Part shown: in pieces, positions 60,008 to 64,000 of the stretch
How positions within the stretch are numbered: the first letter of the stretch is position 1
How the letters are laid out: each line of letters begins with the position of its first letter
Assembly: GCA_030704615.1 (NCBI GenBank)
Contig: CM060732.1
Location: 51,150,001-51,214,000 of the forward strand
Reading direction: 5' to 3'
DNA length: 64,000 nucleotides
Origin: Takakia lepidozioides
Taxonomy: Eukaryota > Plantae > Bryophyta
The notes under the pieces: generated by a model
The model's input: the letters and a program-made list of their open reading frames with translations, nothing else
Told to the model about the DNA's origin: nothing
Databases searched by the model: none
Made by a program: the position numbers and the translations under genes

Positions 60008-61003
60008 TCAAGCCCCTGACTGCACATCCACACGACGATGCATAGTCTCCACTGTGTAAGATGTATGGGCAGAGCTATAAGGAACAGGGATGTACCCTGC
60101 ATGTGGCATCTCTGGTTGGCCAAACGCAGCTGGCAAGGCTTGCGACCCTGTAGGCATCGATACAACAGGTGCAGGTAAACTTGTTGGCCCAATGACTATC
60201 CCAGGTGTTGCCACTGAGCCCACTGCCATGGAAGCAGATACTACTGTTGGGGAAACAACCGACACCATAGGTGCAGGAGGGGGTAAGGGAATCCGGTCAT
60301 CTATTTTAACTTGCCTCACAGTTGGTGCAACATCATTGATCTTGGAAACTGGGACCGCAAGGCCTGGACCAAAGACTGCACCACGGAGAACAGTATGACT
60401 GTTCCCCACCCGCACAGTCAATAGGTAGCCAGCATCAAATGACCCGTCCAGCACACCACTCACCTGCTGCCCAATCAGTGACACATCGACAGTTGCAGGA
60501 GCTGCTTCTGCCTCAATTTTCTTCTTCCTCTCCCTCTTCGGCTTTGCATCAGATTTATTGGGTGTCAACCCATCCACCCCACCACCCTCACCTCCTTGTG
60601 TGGCCGAAGTCTCACTTTTCCGTGGTCGCCCACGCTTCCGCTTCACCGGTTGCTCACTAGGTATAGCCTCAGCTTCCATGTCAGATTTGCTATTACTAGG
60701 TATATTCTCAGGTGTGTTGGGATCCCTTAAACCCTTGGCAACCATGTCATCATGTTCCCTCTGGGCTTCGTCAAAATACTTCGATTTCTCTTGCTCCGTT
60801 GTATTTGCCCACTTCTGCCCCACAATTCGTTTGATCTCAAGCCCACTGTAACCCTCAAACTCGTCCCTGATGGATGGTCGGATTTTAAAGGCAAAGATGT
60901 TGAAGGCCCGGAGCTTGAGTGCTCTGTCAAAGCGAGCCTTCCTCTTGTTTTCAGCAATAACACTTGCTGTCACAAGATCAGGTCCTTTGTTCATCTGCTC
61001 CAT
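60008..61003 (-). CDS. HMG-box + AT-hook + MNM1-like domain protein, paralogue C, 331 aa
   Basis: Intact ORF with the same domains. An in-frame TAG two codons before ATG 61003 makes the homologous upstream exon (~61295-61397) non-coding. Confidence 0.88.
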   Translation of the reverse strand: MEQMNKGPDLVTASVIAENKRKARFDRALKLRAFNIFAFKIRPSIRDEFEGYSGLEIKRIVGQKWANTTEQEKSKYFDEAQREHDDMVAKGLRDPNTPENIPSNSKSDMEAEAIPSEQPVKRKRGRPRKSETSATQGGEGGGVDGLTPNKSDAKPKRERKKKIEAEAAPATVDVSLIGQQVSGVLDGSFDAGYLLTVRVGNSHTVLRGAVFGPGLAVPVSKINDVAPTVRQVKIDDRIPLPPPAPMVSVVSPTVVSASMAVGSVATPGIVIGPTSLPAPVVSMPTGSQALPAAFGQPEMPHAGYIPVPYSSAHTSYTVETMHRRVDVQSGA

Positions 61004-63049
61004 GTTCTAAGGGGCCTGCCATATTTACAAGTGTTAAGATCCCAGCCCAATGGTAGAGCTTGTACTCTCCTCAACTTGCAGATTCTACATACAAGTGTAG
61101 TTGCCAAACAGCTGATTTGCATGTGAAAGGCCAATACATGCAGTTATCCCTAGACATCCAATTGCATCAGACCAGAGACAGAGCACTTACATACTACAAA
61201 ATTCTTGAGATATGATAAAATAATCAAATTGCACACATCAAAAATTGAAATACACACATAACTGTTCACACAGAAAGGTCATAAAGAAAGTTTACCAAAA
61301 AGCCTGCTTCCCTATCATTGTGGTCATCCTGATGTAGACCAGCAACTTTTTTTCTGGCCTTCACCAAGCCGTCCCAAGCCTCCACAGAAATGACCCTGAG
61401 AGACAACATACACATACAATAAGCAAGAAACATAACATATGAGACAGTGAGAAAAATAGTTCACACAACCACATTCCATATGGAGTTTTAAGAAAGTTTT
61501 ATATCTGCTAGCAATGAAGATCAATGGCTACAATATGCCACTGCTATTGTTCACATGACAGGGATTTTCTACTGTTCTATCCTTCTGAAAGGCTTTGCAC
61601 CACTAACTTTCCAGGCCAAAATAAATAAACAGGCACAGAGAAAAATGTACACATCAAGGCATCCCGCAAGTGTTAAAAAGCTTCTGAGGCAAACAAGACT
61701 TCAAACACACAAGAACAACACAACACAAGACATCTACCTTCAAGATTGTTTTCCATGCATCCAAATAAGCAGAGAGCAGAGAATGATAAAGGTTACTTAA
61801 GGGCACACAGAAAAGGGATCATTGAAAACAACTTCAAACCAGAGCAGCAATACAACTTTCAATAGACCAAGTGTAGAAAATGGGGACACTTATGCACATG
61901 TTTGTGTCTCCATCTTTTAACCCCCCTTAGCAGAAGCTTCAACCTATGACTAAAGAAACTGCCCTTTTCTGCAGATAGAGACATGAAATATTTCTGTTTG
62001 CAGGAAAAGCCAGGAAGTTTTCTTGGTTAGAATTTGTCCATAGTGGAAGGAGCTAATCACTGTAATATGCAGGTAGCAAATGCCATGAGAGTTGACTCCT
62101 TCCACTAAGGATACATAAATGATCAAAGGTGATAGACTGTTATATTAAGGAAAATTTCTGGCCATTTTCTGCATCTAGAGATGTTTAATGAAGCATTCAC
62201 AACAGGATATGCAGGTACTAGATGCAAAGTATGAAACTTTTCAGCGGGGATATGCAAGAAAAATATAGTATAGAAATAAAAAAAGTAACAGAATAATCTT
62301 ACTGGACACTCTACAATATGGATTCCAAATGAATTCGGGTATGGAGATGGTAGGATGGAACAGAGGAGAGATTATCAAGTGGAAGACGGGGAGAGGCTAC
62401 CGCTAAAACCAAGACAACAAAGGTGTTCAAGAAAAAGTGTCAAGACTAGAGTAGCAAAGGAGGTATACCGCTGTTTAAGCACGTAGGAAGAGAAGTCGCT
62501 GTATAACAAGAAAATCAGAGAATAACAGCTACTATCACTCGAGAAAAGAAGGTGAGAAGAAAACAAGATATGGTAGGGGAACCAAGAATAGCAGACACGA
62601 CACGAACAACAGCAAAGAAAAACGTCATTGCAATCAAGCGGAAACGGAGTGTACAGGTCAGTGGTGACAAACTCCAATGCACAAAACAGAGGAGATGACA
62701 CGGATAACAAACTCAACCTGTACAACAGAGGTCTGAACAACCATAGAAGCAATCGAAGAAAGCACCAAATACTTCTACAAAACGTCTATTCCAATTACAG
62801 CAAGAGTCTAAGGAAGCGTTAAGGCCCGGAACCAGACCACAGCAATCAGGGACTAGAAAAGTTCTCTGTCGAGGCAACAGAAAACTTCGACAACTACGGT
62901 ATGTAAGCTGACCAAAAAATACAGACTGAATGACATGGCATGTCACGACGTCCCAGATTTACACTTAGTTTTGCACAGCTAGCAACCCCGCTATGGGGTC
63001 TCTAAGGTGCGATAGGCACCGCAACCAGAGTTCATCAAATATGGAGCGA

Positions 63050-63292
63050 CGAAGAATTCAAAAGTTTAAGTTTGAACAGAGGGGACGGGTCGACCGTTGT
63101 CGCCCGCCTGAAGGTCCAGCGTCCAGGAAGTCGGTGAAACAGAGCGGGCTGTGTCAGGAGCTGGCGTTGTTTTCTCTCCAAAACACTTTGCTCGCAGGCA
63201 CAGGCTATGGAGCAGGGTTTGTTAGGCTACTAGTATGAATACTCTGGAGACGATGATGAAAGCTCCAGGCTTTCTCTCTCCCTAATCTCTCA
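63050..63292 (-). promoter_or_regulatory. Conserved upstream module of paralogue C
   Basis: GACCGTTG at 63092-63099; TTCAAA 63057-63062; TTTGAA 63071-63076; shared GCTGGCGTTGTT, CAGGCTATGGAG and CTCTCTCCCTAATCTC blocks. Confidence 0.6.
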
Positions 63293-64000
63293 CAATACGG
63301 CTATGGGACTTGTTTTCTCTTGTTTTTCCTGACCCTTCCAAGATGATCGTCGCACAAAATGCAAGAGCAATTTCGCAGCCAAGGCCCCCGTCTGCGTCTG
63401 CCGTGCGTCGCAGCCACGCAAGGCTGCACTGTATTGAGCGTTACTTACCCCACTCGCTCGCTCTCTTTGTTTGCGATTCCAGTAATCTTGGTGTGTAGCC
63501 TACTAGGTTGGAGCGTGGGGGAAAAACAATTGCATGCAACAACGCTGAAGAAAGGTAAAACATATGCATTCCTTTGTAGCCAGTGTAAGAAAGGATCACC
63601 ACGATTTGAGCCTGGGATCGCTTGGCTGGCACATACTACGTCATGCCGTATCCAGTCACGTGAACTTCCATTTTTCCTCTTCTTTTCTTTAATTAGTAAC
63701 ATCAATTTCAAAAATCCGAGGAGTCACATGGGCAGTGGGGTACGGTTCCCTTTCTTTATTTCTTTTCTAATTTTCAAAAGGGCTTTTCCTCCTAATAATC
63801 CCAGATAAAGTCTACAAGGGTCGGTCCCCTTCAATTTAATATGTATATATATATATAAGGGCAACACTCATAGGTGGTTATTTTTTCCACCTTCTGGAGA
63901 CTGGGCTCCGTTCCCCTTTTTGGAAAAATAATAATAAAAGTAAAAACGTGAATAAAGTTGCTCTATAATTTTCAGTAATAATAATTAATTAAAAAAGGGC

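Noticed and set aside
63590-63640. T-arm/B-box-like CCAGGCTCAAATCGTGG on the minus strand
   Set aside because: Degenerate, with no D-arm or acceptor stem; at most an old SINE trace.

Overview
Eukaryotic nuclear DNA from a land plant, most likely a non-seed plant (bryophyte/lycophyte-like). This is inferred from short GT-AG introns, PLS-DYW PPR genes and plastid ClpT; the lineage cannot be fixed from sequence alone. Seven intact genes were reconstructed exon by exon: a small DnaJ-type Zn-finger protein, a DHHC S-acyltransferase (PAT11-like), a vacuolar processing enzyme (legumain), ClpT, and three paralogues encoding HMG-box + AT-hook + MNM1-like proteins. Disabled genes: two tail-to-tail PPR pseudogenes and an RH33/RH48-type N-terminal fragment. 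Mobile DNA is abundant: a deleted Ty3/Gypsy-like relic, LTR-like repeats, a full-length but decayed PIF/Harbinger (TIRs + TTA TSD), hAT- and Mutator-type MITEs with TSDs, and many LINE pieces. Three observations stand out. (1) The Gypsy-like relic carries, right after gag and the protease DSG motif, the C-terminal motifs IX-X of a DNMT3-like cytosine methyltransferase. (2) Two LINE families with (TC)n tails stack into each other's tails, suggesting microsatellite targeting. (3) The HMG-AT-hook-MNM1 triplet has an unusual domain order, and all three copies keep an MSA (CAACGGTC) plus CHR (TTYGAA) upstream module, suggesting a mitotic chromatin protein. All family assignments come from motif recognition by eye; no database search was run.
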